Shown piece by piece: positions 16,192 through 25,125 of a stretch of 32,000 nucleotides of DNA (within the stretch, counting starts at the first letter, position 1; the number at the start of each line of letters is the position of its first letter). The notes under the pieces were generated by a model. The model was not told the origin of the DNA and did no database searches. It saw only the letters and a list, made by a program, of their open reading frames with translations. Where the stretch lies: assembly GCF_000020025.1 (NCBI RefSeq), contig NC_010631.1, forward strand, positions 30,001-62,000, written 5' to 3'. Made by a program: the position numbers and the translations under genes. The DNA is from Nostoc punctiforme PCC 73102. GTDB lineage: Bacteria > Cyanobacteriota > Cyanobacteriia > Cyanobacteriales > Nostocaceae.

Positions 16192-16591
16192 CTTTGATAA
16201 TTGACTGAATTAACAGTTCGGGATTAATCGCTACTTCTGGCAAAACTATCCCACCGAGTTTATTAAGAACCTGTCTACCTTCAACTTCTATGTAAGCAAA
16301 TTCTCCATCAATCATTACTGTTATCGATAATGTATTTTTTTCAGCATGAACTGGAACATAATCTTTCAGAACACCATTTAACACAAAAATATTGGCATCA
16401 TCTGCATCGCCGCTATAGACTTCAAGGCACTCAGGAAAATAGTTAGCATCAAAAGGCAAGTTATCCCAACTATCAGCAGTGTTTAAAATCTCGCTTGGAT
16501 ATTTATCTGCTAGGGCTGCTATATCAGGAGGGAGTTTAGCAATTTGTTTTCTGTCATAATCAGAGAACGGATAAAACTTACTTGGCGACAT
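16175..16591 (-). CDS. hypothetical protein
   Basis: 138-aa ORF with a GGAGAA RBS about 6 nt upstream. It overlaps the next gene by 17 nt. No family recognised. Confidence 0.65.
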   Translation of the reverse strand: MSPSKFYPFSDYDRKQIAKLPPDIAALADKYPSEILNTADSWDNLPFDANYFPECLEVYSGDADDANIFVLNGVLKDYVPVHAEKNTLSITVMIDGEFAYIEVEGRQVLNKLGGIVLPEVAINPELLIQSIIKGENND

Positions 16592-16624
16592 GAATTTTCT
16601 CCTTCAGATTTTCAGCTTTAATGT

Positions 16625-16822
16625 AAAGAAGGCAGGAGGCAGGAGGCAGAGGGCAGAAGGGAAGAATTTGAACGAGGCTTTAACCCCGCCCAATTCTTGG
16701 CCACCTGTGGCAGAGATTATGGTGGGGGACTCAGACCCAAGTTCGTTCTGGTCACGGGCTTCAGCGCAAAACAGTATTCCAACTGAGCCTCCTGCCTCCT
16801 GCCTTCTGCCCTCTGCCTTTCT
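16625..16822. repeat. STRR-type long hairpin element (GGCAGGA/GGCAGAG heptamer arrays in inverted orientation around a ~125-bp core)
   Basis: Left arm: aaagaaggcaggaggcaggaggcagagggcagaagg (16625-16660). Right arm: cctcctgcctcctgccttctgccctctgcctttct (16788-16822). The element sits between the T4CP gene and the 138-aa ORF. The core has further short inverted repeats (aagaatt/aattctt, ccacc/ggtgg). Confidence 0.7.
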
Positions 16823-16845
16823 AGTTGATTCCAGACAATATTTCT

Positions 16846-18609
16846 TTAAATCAGACTCGCATATTCTGATAATTGCTCTTGATTTTCTATCAAAGGTAAC
16901 AATTTTACCGCGGAGGCTCGGCGAATTTTCATTTCTTCATCTGCTGGAGTTAAGAGAGTAGAGTTTTTAGATAATAACTTTTGAAACTCGTACCAAGCTT
17001 TCACACTGTCAGCTTCAGATTGGATTTCATGCTGAGGAATCTTAATTGATTGCAAAATTGGCAAACTTATTTGACCACGAGAACGAAATCCGGGACTAAT
17101 AATTACTGCTTTTCCTGATGGTAAAGTGTTAAATTGATTGACATCAAATAACTTGCGAGTACTGTTTTGGTCAGAATTAGAAATGCTTGCACCGCCCTTG
17201 CCTCCTGATGAACGAGAACGTTGCTTGTATTTAATTTCTTCTTCACCTAAAAACTTACTAAATCGTTCGGCGGCTACATCATCTTGGGGATTAAAGAATG
17301 CTTTGGTCGCACAACCACCAAATATTGCATTAGTTGTGTTTTCACCATAAGATTCAATCAGCATTGAGAGATTTTGTAAACCTAAGATAGAAATTAGTCC
17401 ATCCTCGCGGTTCTGATTGAGCCAATCAACCAGTGCTGGTAAATATAATGTGGGTAATTCATCAATCCCCAACACCAAAGGACAAGTACGTTTGTTAGCC
17501 ACATTCCGGCTAACTAATAGATGCAGAATCGAGACAAGCAAAGGGGCAATTACATCACGCTTCTCTTTGTTCATCCCGAAAATCACCATCTGCCGTTCCT
17601 TCAAATCCAGTGGAATATTAGTTTTTCCACAGAATGCTGCTAATGCCGAGGGAACCATGAAGCGGCTGAACAATCCGCTAGCTGTACCCACAATACTAGC
17701 TGCTGTTTCTGGCGACCCTGCAACAGATACAAACTGTGCGAAAGCCTCTCTAACCATGAAATTCAGATTTTCTGCTTGCTCTATGCGCTTAACTAACTTT
17801 GGCAACCCTAGTATCGCTTGGCACATCATGATATCTGGATAATCTGTGCCCTTTGCCAGCATAAAGACGGCTTGGACTAACTGATCGCCAGCGTTGGTAA
17901 AGAAGCTATTTCCAGAATCTTGATCACCGAGTTGGAAATTGCGATTGAGTGTAATCGCAAGCTGCCGTGCCATTTCTGAGTCTTCATTACTGCGAAGAAA
18001 GTCGATAGGGTTGGCAACTGCTGATTCTGCAAAGCCTGGGGCAAGCACAGTAACCTGATAACCGCGTTCTATCGCATACCCTGCAAGTATTGGAGCTTGC
18101 CCTTTAGATGGAGAATCAGCTGATTCCTGGGAGGCGTATTTGAAATCATATAAAGCCAGAGGTAAGCCCTGATCAATTACAGAGCGAATCAGGGGATTAA
18201 TCATTGAAAATGACTTTCCACTCCCTGGGCCACCACAAACTAGGATGCCTCGCTGTGCCTCTGGAAAATAAAGGGTTGTTGAATCTTCAGGGATGCAAGT
18301 TCTACGGACACCATTAATAACCTCGCTCGTTGTATTCTTGGGAGTTCCTACATACAGTGATACCCGGTTATGCAAGCGTTGCTGAATTTGTTTACACGCC
18401 AACTGACGAGCCGCTGTTTTCTCTCTTGTCCCGCCCCAGCGCGCTGTCGCTAGCTTGGCAATACCTCCCCTACTATCGATGATTTTGGCGATTACAATCA
18501 CTGCGCCACAAGCAAGTACCCCTAAACCTGCGGGGGAAAACAGCGCTGATTCAAGTCCTGCGGGAATAAATTGATTTGCCTTAACCTCTGTCTTAGGAGT
18601 CCCTGTCAT
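16846..18609 (-). CDS. type IV secretion coupling protein (VirD4/TraG family)
   Basis: 587-aa ORF with N-terminal hydrophobic segments. Walker A: VCGGPGSGKS. Walker B and the TraG C-terminal block: LVLGIDELPTLYLPALVDWLNQNREDGLISILGLQNLSMLIESYGEN..FFNPQD. Its ATG overlaps the upstream stop (ATGA). Confidence 0.9.
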   Translation of the reverse strand: MTGTPKTEVKANQFIPAGLESALFSPAGLGVLACGAVIVIAKIIDSRGGIAKLATARWGGTREKTAARQLACKQIQQRLHNRVSLYVGTPKNTTSEVINGVRRTCIPEDSTTLYFPEAQRGILVCGGPGSGKSFSMINPLIRSVIDQGLPLALYDFKYASQESADSPSKGQAPILAGYAIERGYQVTVLAPGFAESAVANPIDFLRSNEDSEMARQLAITLNRNFQLGDQDSGNSFFTNAGDQLVQAVFMLAKGTDYPDIMMCQAILGLPKLVKRIEQAENLNFMVREAFAQFVSVAGSPETAASIVGTASGLFSRFMVPSALAAFCGKTNIPLDLKERQMVIFGMNKEKRDVIAPLLVSILHLLVSRNVANKRTCPLVLGIDELPTLYLPALVDWLNQNREDGLISILGLQNLSMLIESYGENTTNAIFGGCATKAFFNPQDDVAAERFSKFLGEEEIKYKQRSRSSGGKGGASISNSDQNSTRKLFDVNQFNTLPSGKAVIISPGFRSRGQISLPILQSIKIPQHEIQSEADSVKAWYEFQKLLSKNSTLLTPADEEMKIRRASAVKLLPLIENQEQLSEYASLI

Positions 18610-19799
18610 CGTCCCGTCCCCACGATAACCAAATCATTCTCACTCACGGGCAACCAGGGAACTGGCCCAATGAAGTAAGGGGTGCAAGTTTTCTGCTGAA
18701 ATGGCGGTCGCGCACAGATCCTAAAGAATAAGCCAAAGTCGGCAGTCCCAAGGGATTCATTAACTCCAGTTAGCGCCACTTTGAACCCACTACCATACAC
18801 TAGCCGCCCCGTGGGTTCCTTGCCCCCATTCACGGCGGCTAGAATTCCATAACCACCCTTGACTTGCTGAGATGAACCAGATGCCCAACGCTTACCATAC
18901 AAGCCTCTCTGGGAACCAGCAAAATCCCCCATTTCTAAGTATGAGCATTCAATGCCTGGAGGACAGGCTACTGTCACAGTGCGATCGCCTCTCACGACAC
19001 TGCCAGACACAAAGTAGTCATTTCCAGCCTTGGTATCACCTCTTTCAGAAGTACCAAGTACCACAGAAGCAATACCCACAACACCAAGTCCAGAGTTGAT
19101 CGGCTTGGGCATTTTATCAAAGGCTACTTGGTTTAATCCCGGCACTTGGTTGATATAACTTTGTTGCCATGATTGAAAGGATTTTAAAGGCGTATCTTGG
19201 AGTCCAGGTATGGAATTCAAAGAATATTTGCTCAGGTCGATCTCACCTAATTTGAGATTAGCAGCTTGGGGATTATAGGCTACAATCTCAGAAATTGTCC
19301 CACTAGTAGCAACTCCAGATTTACTAAATAACTCTTCAAGGGGTGGGACTTGATTAACGGAGAGATTACCTAATTCTGGAATAGCTTTAACTAAAGATTT
19401 AGGAGTTTGCCATTGCATTAATCCAAAATCTAGTAGCGTCAGGTTTGATGATTGGGCTGCGATTGTACTTATGGACTTCAGGCTAAGACTGGACGTTTTG
19501 AATGCATCATCTACATCCCCCAGCATCACAATAGAGTCAACCTTTTGTCCTGCCGACCATGACCGGGAAGGGTCATAACCAAAGGTAGAAATTAGATTTT
19601 GAGGGATTTTTAAATATCCTGGCTGTTGAACTGGTGGCAAAGTATCCCATGTAATCTTTGACCAGTCGGGAGTTTGGGCTGAATATTTCCCCTGAGAATG
19701 AGTAATCGTTGGTGTCTGTGCAACTGAGATTGAAAGCGGAATTACCGAAGCGAAGGCAGTCAGTAGAAAGAGTTTAAATTTCATCAAAGTTGCCCCCAT
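18606..19799 (-). CDS. secreted hypothetical T4SS-operon protein; start may be ATG 19784 (MKFKLFLL..)
   Basis: 397-aa ORF with a signal-peptide-like MKFKLFLLTAFASVIPLSISVAQ. ATG 19784-19782 overlaps the upstream TGA by one base (TGATG). No family recognised. Confidence 0.7.
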   Translation of the reverse strand: MGATLMKFKLFLLTAFASVIPLSISVAQTPTITHSQGKYSAQTPDWSKITWDTLPPVQQPGYLKIPQNLISTFGYDPSRSWSAGQKVDSIVMLGDVDDAFKTSSLSLKSISTIAAQSSNLTLLDFGLMQWQTPKSLVKAIPELGNLSVNQVPPLEELFSKSGVATSGTISEIVAYNPQAANLKLGEIDLSKYSLNSIPGLQDTPLKSFQSWQQSYINQVPGLNQVAFDKMPKPINSGLGVVGIASVVLGTSERGDTKAGNDYFVSGSVVRGDRTVTVACPPGIECSYLEMGDFAGSQRGLYGKRWASGSSQQVKGGYGILAAVNGGKEPTGRLVYGSGFKVALTGVNESLGTADFGLFFRICARPPFQQKTCTPYFIGPVPWLPVSENDLVIVGTGR

Positions 19800-20614
19800 T
19801 TAAGTAATTGGTAAAAAGTGGTTTTATCGACCTGAGAAAGCGAAATCGCCTCTTCTCTAGTCTTGCCACGCCGTAATAATTTAATTGCATCTTGTACCTT
19901 GCTCCAGGTGGTAGAACCAGGTTTAACTTTATTTTTCCGCCCTGCCTCTGCTAGCCCAAAAGCGAGGGCATTCGCATCATTCCTTTGAATCGCCCCGTTT
20001 AGCGTAGTTCCAGGATTGGGGCGTAAAACGGCAACAGGCTGAGGCAGAGGGACTTTTATTGTTTGTGGTGGCGGCGAGGGCTGGTGGACTACTGGCGGCG
20101 CTGATTGCGGTTTTTCAACTGTTAGAGGAAGTGGCGTTCGCGGACGGGTAATGGGCAATGGGCGATCCGAATCAGATTTAACTACCAAGCTTGTATAGGC
20201 TGGGTTGCCTGTGGCGGGAACTATCTTAAACTGATATTGCTTTTGGCTGGTAAGTAGTGTAATTTGAGTGCTACCATCGCCGCTTGTGGACACAGGAAAA
20301 TCGATTGGGTCAATCTGGCGAAGAAAGATTACGGTCGCTTTACCTCCCGCGCATTCAGAATCGCCGCCTGATGACGGGCATAAACCACCGTTTGAGGTAA
20401 AAGCAAAGCGACTTGGATCGCCAATCCAAACTTGCTTGATAGTTTCCCCAGTAGACATTAAATTAATAGTTAGTCCATAGCCTTTCCATACTTTTAATTC
20501 GATAGAGCTAGAGTTTGCATCATTCTCGTAAACCGTTCGAGCAGGTATCGCCGTTGCTTTTGCCGCGCTAGTTAAGATTAAAAATGCTGCAATAATAGTG
20601 GTTTTATTTAACAT
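19784..20614 (-). CDS. VirB9/TrbG-like periplasmic T4SS component candidate with atypical C-terminal HTH-like tail
   Basis: 276-aa ORF with a signal peptide (MLNKTTIIAAFLILTSAAKATA). Its beta-rich domain ends in TQITLLTSQKQYQFKIVPA, resembling the VirB9-family pattern tNL.v.T..r.Y.F.L. A Pro-rich linker follows. The tail reads GKTREEAISLSQVDKTTFYQLLKWG. Confidence 0.45.
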   Translation of the reverse strand: MLNKTTIIAAFLILTSAAKATAIPARTVYENDANSSSIELKVWKGYGLTINLMSTGETIKQVWIGDPSRFAFTSNGGLCPSSGGDSECAGGKATVIFLRQIDPIDFPVSTSGDGSTQITLLTSQKQYQFKIVPATGNPAYTSLVVKSDSDRPLPITRPRTPLPLTVEKPQSAPPVVHQPSPPPQTIKVPLPQPVAVLRPNPGTTLNGAIQRNDANALAFGLAEAGRKNKVKPGSTTWSKVQDAIKLLRRGKTREEAISLSQVDKTTFYQLLKWGQL

Positions 20615-20644
20615 TTTTCCATGTTTACCGTAACGTTATTGTGA

Positions 20645-22111
20645 TTAGAGCGATATTGTTTGATTAACGAATATTTGCACTGGCTTACCAACATCGATTA
20701 CAAATACTTCTTCTCTACCGCTTAACTGTTGAGAACGGGCGACATTTGAACTTTTGATATTATCGAGAATGCTATTAAATGCACCCTCTCCAAAAGCGGC
20801 GGATAAATCTTTTTGCTCGTTGGTAGTGGAGCTAGTAGAGAAGCCATTAGAGTTCGTACTAACTTGAGTTACAGGGCGATTCTGTACCTGGGCAGCCTTC
20901 GCAACTCCCGCGATGATCGCAGAAATGAAATTGTTACCCAGATTGCTACCTTTGCGAGACTCTGCTTTTAAGAAACCACCATCCTTGGCCATTATCAAAA
21001 CAGCATTTGGTGGTAGCGGTTTCTCTTGGGTATCGCCATTGGAGTTCACCAATACTGAAACGCCGCGCAGTTTGGCAAGACCAGAGCCATTGGACTCTGC
21101 TAATTGAACAACTAGATAAGCGCCTACGGGCAATACGTCGCTACCATCTGAGGCTTTTAATGCTTTTGATACCTTCACTAAGTAATTCTGGTTGCCAGCG
21201 TCACCAGTGCCCCAGGCTAAAGGTGTTTCTAATCTGCCCTCTGCGGTGCTGCCAACGAGTACGCGTTTTGCGTTGTAATCAGTGCTAGTGCTTTCGACAA
21301 CCTGCATAGCTCCTCCCGCCCCTCCTTCAATTCCAGTAACTTTTGGTTCCTTGACTTCCGAATCATCGCCTGAACTACTAAAACTGCCAGCATTCGCAGC
21401 GAGAAGCCATTGCTGAGTGGGATCTAACTTTGCGATGTTCGCTTGGGGGAACGCCAAAGGAGATTGTCTAACTGGCTGGGCAATTTTTGGCTGTGGCTGT
21501 GGCTGTGGTTGCTCCCTCCTAGCAGTAGGAAAAGTCTTGGGTACTGTCGGCGCTCTATCGACTGGGTAAGGCTGTTGTCTGCGCTGCACTGGTTGTATAT
21601 TCGGGGTAACGGGTGCAATTGGAGCAGGGATTGCGTTATTTGTAGGCGTTGTTACTGGGTTTGGCTTTTGATCACGAATCTGCCTTAGCTGGTTATTTTG
21701 GCTAGTCAGGGCAAGCGCTGTTTTATCTTTGCCCGTCTCATTTTCCGGCTCTGGTAGGGGCGTTTGCTCGTTGCCTTTGGGCGTTTGCACAATGCCCTTG
21801 GAAAACTTCAGCACATTCATTGAATTACCGATTAAAGCCCCAATGATTATTACAAAGAGAGAGCAAATTAGAGCAACAACGCCCATTTTTAAGAGTGGAG
21901 ATTGCGAGACTGTTCGAGTGGTAACGATTTCCTCTGGTGCGGGGTTCTGTTCTGGTTGAATTGAATCATTAATCGAAGAGATTTTAGCCCCGTTCATGGC
22001 GGCAAAATCTTGCGACTCTATCTCAATAGTTGCTGACGGTAAGGGTTCCTGATTTTGGATTTCTTCTATCTCAATAGTTGCCGACGGTAAGGGTTCCTGA
22101 TTTTGGATCAT
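20645..22111 (-). CDS. VirB10/TrbI-like T4SS component
   Basis: 488-aa ORF. Order of parts: cytoplasmic N-terminus, one TM helix (VVALICSLFVIIIGALIG), a Pro-rich region (QPQPQPQPK, PAPIAPVTP), then a beta-rich C-terminus ending VFVIDVGKPVQIFVNQTISL. This is typical VirB10/TrbI architecture. Confidence 0.6.
   Translation of the reverse strand: MIQNQEPLPSATIEIEEIQNQEPLPSATIEIESQDFAAMNGAKISSINDSIQPEQNPAPEEIVTTRTVSQSPLLKMGVVALICSLFVIIIGALIGNSMNVLKFSKGIVQTPKGNEQTPLPEPENETGKDKTALALTSQNNQLRQIRDQKPNPVTTPTNNAIPAPIAPVTPNIQPVQRRQQPYPVDRAPTVPKTFPTARREQPQPQPQPKIAQPVRQSPLAFPQANIAKLDPTQQWLLAANAGSFSSSGDDSEVKEPKVTGIEGGAGGAMQVVESTSTDYNAKRVLVGSTAEGRLETPLAWGTGDAGNQNYLVKVSKALKASDGSDVLPVGAYLVVQLAESNGSGLAKLRGVSVLVNSNGDTQEKPLPPNAVLIMAKDGGFLKAESRKGSNLGNNFISAIIAGVAKAAQVQNRPVTQVSTNSNGFSTSSTTNEQKDLSAAFGEGAFNSILDNIKSSNVARSQQLSGREEVFVIDVGKPVQIFVNQTISL
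22013..22108 (-). repeat. 48-bp tandem duplication at the 5' end of the VirB10-like gene
   Basis: Encodes IQNQEPLPSATIEIEE / IQNQEPLPSATIEIES. The two nucleotide copies (22061-22108 and 22013-22060) are identical apart from the first 5 nt and one C/T difference. Confidence 0.85.
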
Positions 22112-22827
22112 AGGTCTAAATCTTGGATTTTATAAATTTCCAGCCCAGCTTTACGAACGCGAGAAGCGGTTTCTTGAACCTGGGATGCAAATCTAGGAAT
22201 GGCAGCCGTATCAATCGCCCTGACAAATACAGTTTTGTTAAAAGCGATGGGCTTACCAACTAAATTGCTGCCTTGGAAAACAACAATCTCTGCAACCATA
22301 TCTACTTTCCATTGCCCATCCTTAATCCGAGTCGGCTGACTGATTAAGCTGACTTTTAGGATTGATTGCGTAGACCCATTAAAGACATCGGGCGGCGTAA
22401 GATTACTTATCTCCTCAAGGAATGGTGCGCGAAAATCTTCTGACAACGCAAAACCTGAAGCCCATACACTAGTAGTAATCTTGGCTTTTGATGTCGATAC
22501 ACCAGCGTCTAACTTTAATTGTTTGGTGGGGTCTGGATTGTAATCATCGCTTGACTTTGGTAGAGCATTCCAACTTAAAAGTCCGGTCATTGTCTGCCCG
22601 ACAAAACGTGTAATAGCTTGGGGGGAGCGCTCCTCACTGCCTATAGGAAGAACTCTGATAGATTCGCCGTCATGTAACTCCACAAGGGTGGAAGCTTTCG
22701 TTTTAGAAATTGTTGCTATCCGAGCAAAATTGACAATTTCTATGAATAATAAGAGCGTTAATAAAATAGCATTGACTATTAAGAAAATTGGGGTAAAGTT
22801 TAACTCTTTTCTCTCTAATAATTTCAT
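22108..22827 (-). CDS. VirB8-like bitopic T4SS component candidate
   Basis: 239-aa ORF with a short N-terminus, one TM helix (FTPIFLIVNAILLTLLLFIEIV) and a ~190-aa periplasmic domain. It lies between the VirB6-like and VirB10-like genes with 4-nt overlaps on both sides. The call rests on topology and position. Confidence 0.4.
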   Translation of the reverse strand: MKLLERKELNFTPIFLIVNAILLTLLLFIEIVNFARIATISKTKASTLVELHDGESIRVLPIGSEERSPQAITRFVGQTMTGLLSWNALPKSSDDYNPDPTKQLKLDAGVSTSKAKITTSVWASGFALSEDFRAPFLEEISNLTPPDVFNGSTQSILKVSLISQPTRIKDGQWKVDMVAEIVVFQGSNLVGKPIAFNKTVFVRAIDTAAIPRFASQVQETASRVRKAGLEIYKIQDLDL

Positions 22828-23882
22828 CTTCTTAAACCCACAGAGAATTTAACCCCACTGGTAAACGCTGAGAATACAGCCATTCCGCCACCAGTGCCTA
22901 TGGCTACCGCGAGTAATGGCGAAAAGATGGCTTGTAAAAGTTGCAATAATAAAGGATTGCTAGAAGGCTTGGAGACTATTGCGCTGGCAATAATGCCTAC
23001 TGTTATGGAGTAGGAAATGAGAACTAATGTTAGTCCTAACCAGCCAGCCAACCAAGCATAGATAGGTTTGCTTTGGAAAGGCAGTAAAGATAAAACCAGG
23101 AAGATTGGGGCGGCGAATGCAATCATTAAGAATGACAGTTGGACGATGTACTGAAAAGCTGCCGATACCCCACTGAGAATGACATAAACAAAACCTTGGA
23201 TTGCGCTATTAATTAGTTCACCAGTAAGGTCTAAGGGGTTCCAACTTCCGACTCCAGAACCTGCACCAGTCTTTTCTCTAGCTTTCTGCGCGTCTTTTCG
23301 TGTATTCTCCACAGCCTGTTTGATACAAGCTTGTTTCTCGCTCAATTCTTCACCTTCCTTCTTTTCGTTGTTGAGCTTTTCGCACTTAGCTAAGGCTATC
23401 TGTGCGGCTAAGACAAAGCTTTGGTCAGCGTTTACATTCCGTATAGCATCTCTCAAATTGACCCCATTTCTCGTAATATTTAAAATACTCCTGTTTAGTC
23501 CGGTCGATACGTTTTTTAATGCGACTGTTGTGTTTGCTAGGAGGAACCCATTATTACTAAGCATTACGATTACTACTAATGGCAAAACCATCTCGGCTAT
23601 GAAATCAAAACCAAACCCTTCTTCTGCATACTTCCTGTACCAGCCAAATGATGCAAAGCCAATCATCACAACAGCCGCGAGGGTAGAAACAGCGACGACA
23701 GCCGTATAAATTGGGCTTGTTCCAGATGCTAATTCTAGCCAATCATTCTCAAACGATTTATAGATTAGGTCTGCGCCTGAGATAGCCCCTTCGACTATTT
23801 CGCCTGAATTCGTAGTGCCCGTATCTTCTCCAGCTTTTTGCCCTGTCGTTTGGGCAAAAAGAATAACTAAGAACGTTATCAT
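22824..23882 (-). CDS. VirB6/TrbL-like polytopic membrane T4SS component candidate
   Basis: 352-aa ORF with at least 5 hydrophobic helices and a central charged loop (EKKEGEELSEKQACIKQAVENTRKDAQKAREK). The call rests on topology and position. Confidence 0.5.
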   Translation of the reverse strand: MITFLVILFAQTTGQKAGEDTGTTNSGEIVEGAISGADLIYKSFENDWLELASGTSPIYTAVVAVSTLAAVVMIGFASFGWYRKYAEEGFGFDFIAEMVLPLVVIVMLSNNGFLLANTTVALKNVSTGLNRSILNITRNGVNLRDAIRNVNADQSFVLAAQIALAKCEKLNNEKKEGEELSEKQACIKQAVENTRKDAQKAREKTGAGSGVGSWNPLDLTGELINSAIQGFVYVILSGVSAAFQYIVQLSFLMIAFAAPIFLVLSLLPFQSKPIYAWLAGWLGLTLVLISYSITVGIIASAIVSKPSSNPLLLQLLQAIFSPLLAVAIGTGGGMAVFSAFTSGVKFSVGLRR

Positions 23883-23912
23883 TTGAGTTATCGTAACGTT
23901 ATTGTGACTCGA

Positions 23913-24641
23913 TTATTGATTCTTCCAGAATGAATCGTTAGCGGCAGCAGATTGAATTATCTGGCGAGTAGCGGCGTTAGATTCCTGATCCTTCGCCGCA
24001 GCTTGCTCATCAAGCCTGTTTGAAATATCGGCAAGGTTAATATTTGCAACAGCCAAGGAACGGGATTGCTTTTGTGCTTCTGAGTGGATAGACTTGGCAA
24101 TCACAACATTTTGCAAGTTTTGAATAGCGACCTTTTTAAGAATGTCTTGGGTAATAACATCCTGTTGGGCGGCGGCAGCATTTTCGCTTGATTGAGCAGT
24201 GGCATCATTAGTTATTGCTGCCTCTTGCGATTGCACTCGTTGACCCTCAACTCCTAGTACTGATTCTGACTGACCGCGTGTATATTGCTGGTTCCATTCC
24301 TTAATAGCGTTTCCGGCTTGAATGCGAGGGTCTAATATCAGCAACGCGCCTTCTTGTTTCTGAATCAATTTCTCGATATTCTTGCCAGCTTTTAGGGGAT
24401 CAGGAATACCCAAATCACCAACACTAGATTCAATTGCCTGGGTTAATTCAGCTTCTAACTTGCCCAAACTTTTAGTAAATTCTTTCTGATAATTACTAAT
24501 GTAAGTCTGCAAGCTGCTATAAATTTGTTGAAATTGAGTTAAGAAAGATTGGTTTTGATTAGTTTGAGCGTTGGCAGGGAGGCTAGAAAAGGATGTCAAA
24601 ATCACTACGCCTGAGATCACGATCAATCGGTTGGTATTCAA
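23913..24641 (-). CDS. secreted Gln-rich helical protein, positional VirB5-like candidate
   Basis: 242-aa ORF with a signal peptide (MNTNRLIVISGVVILTSFSSLPANAQ) and Q/A-rich helical sequence. It lies immediately upstream of the VirB6-like gene. Confidence 0.4.
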   Translation of the reverse strand: MNTNRLIVISGVVILTSFSSLPANAQTNQNQSFLTQFQQIYSSLQTYISNYQKEFTKSLGKLEAELTQAIESSVGDLGIPDPLKAGKNIEKLIQKQEGALLILDPRIQAGNAIKEWNQQYTRGQSESVLGVEGQRVQSQEAAITNDATAQSSENAAAAQQDVITQDILKKVAIQNLQNVVIAKSIHSEAQKQSRSLAVANINLADISNRLDEQAAAKDQESNAATRQIIQSAAANDSFWKNQ

Positions 24642-25125
24642 GATACAAGTCCTCCAGGGCTACTACAAAAGGTTTTTTGGTACAAAGAGATTTTACGGTT
24701 GCTTGCTTTTTTACTAAATCAAAGGAAACAGCTTGAACCATTAATGTTTTAGGTGATTCTTCCTTATTTAATAAACTGGTGAAGAAGGGATCATCGAAAG
24801 GTAAAGCATTAGGTGGAAGGGTGGAAGCAGGGGATCGAAAAAGCATGACATAAGCACCTGGGTCAGCAGATTCAGAGTTAATCCCCGGTTGCTCTAATCC
24901 ACTCAATCGCTTATTTTGATATTTCAATGCTCTCAGGCTGGGGGAGCGCTTGATGGCATCCTCGCCCAATTCTATGTACACGCCACAGCCATTCTTCGCT
25001 TCGCTAATAAGCTTTTCATATTGAGCTTGATTATATTGCCAAACCTGAAAGCTGACTATTGACGCAACACCCGCGAGTATTGCCAGTAATAACTTATTTT
25101 GAATAGCTAATGAAAGAATCTTCAT
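24583..25125 (-). CDS. hypothetical bitopic membrane protein of the T4SS operon
   Basis: 180-aa ORF with an N-terminal TM helix (LLLAILAGVASIVSF). It overlaps VirB4 by 4 nt and the downstream ORF by 59 nt. Confidence 0.55.
   Translation of the reverse strand: MKILSLAIQNKLLLAILAGVASIVSFQVWQYNQAQYEKLISEAKNGCGVYIELGEDAIKRSPSLRALKYQNKRLSGLEQPGINSESADPGAYVMLFRSPASTLPPNALPFDDPFFTSLLNKEESPKTLMVQAVSFDLVKKQATVKSLCTKKPFVVALEDLYLEYQPIDRDLRRSDFDILF

Noticed and set aside
16590-16961. 123-aa plus-strand ORF (MNFLLQIFSFNVKKAGGRRQRAEGK...)
   Set aside because: It is read straight through the inverted GGCAGGA heptamer arrays of the STRR hairpin element and into the antisense of the T4CP gene 3' end. The sequence is low-complexity and dictated by the repeat.
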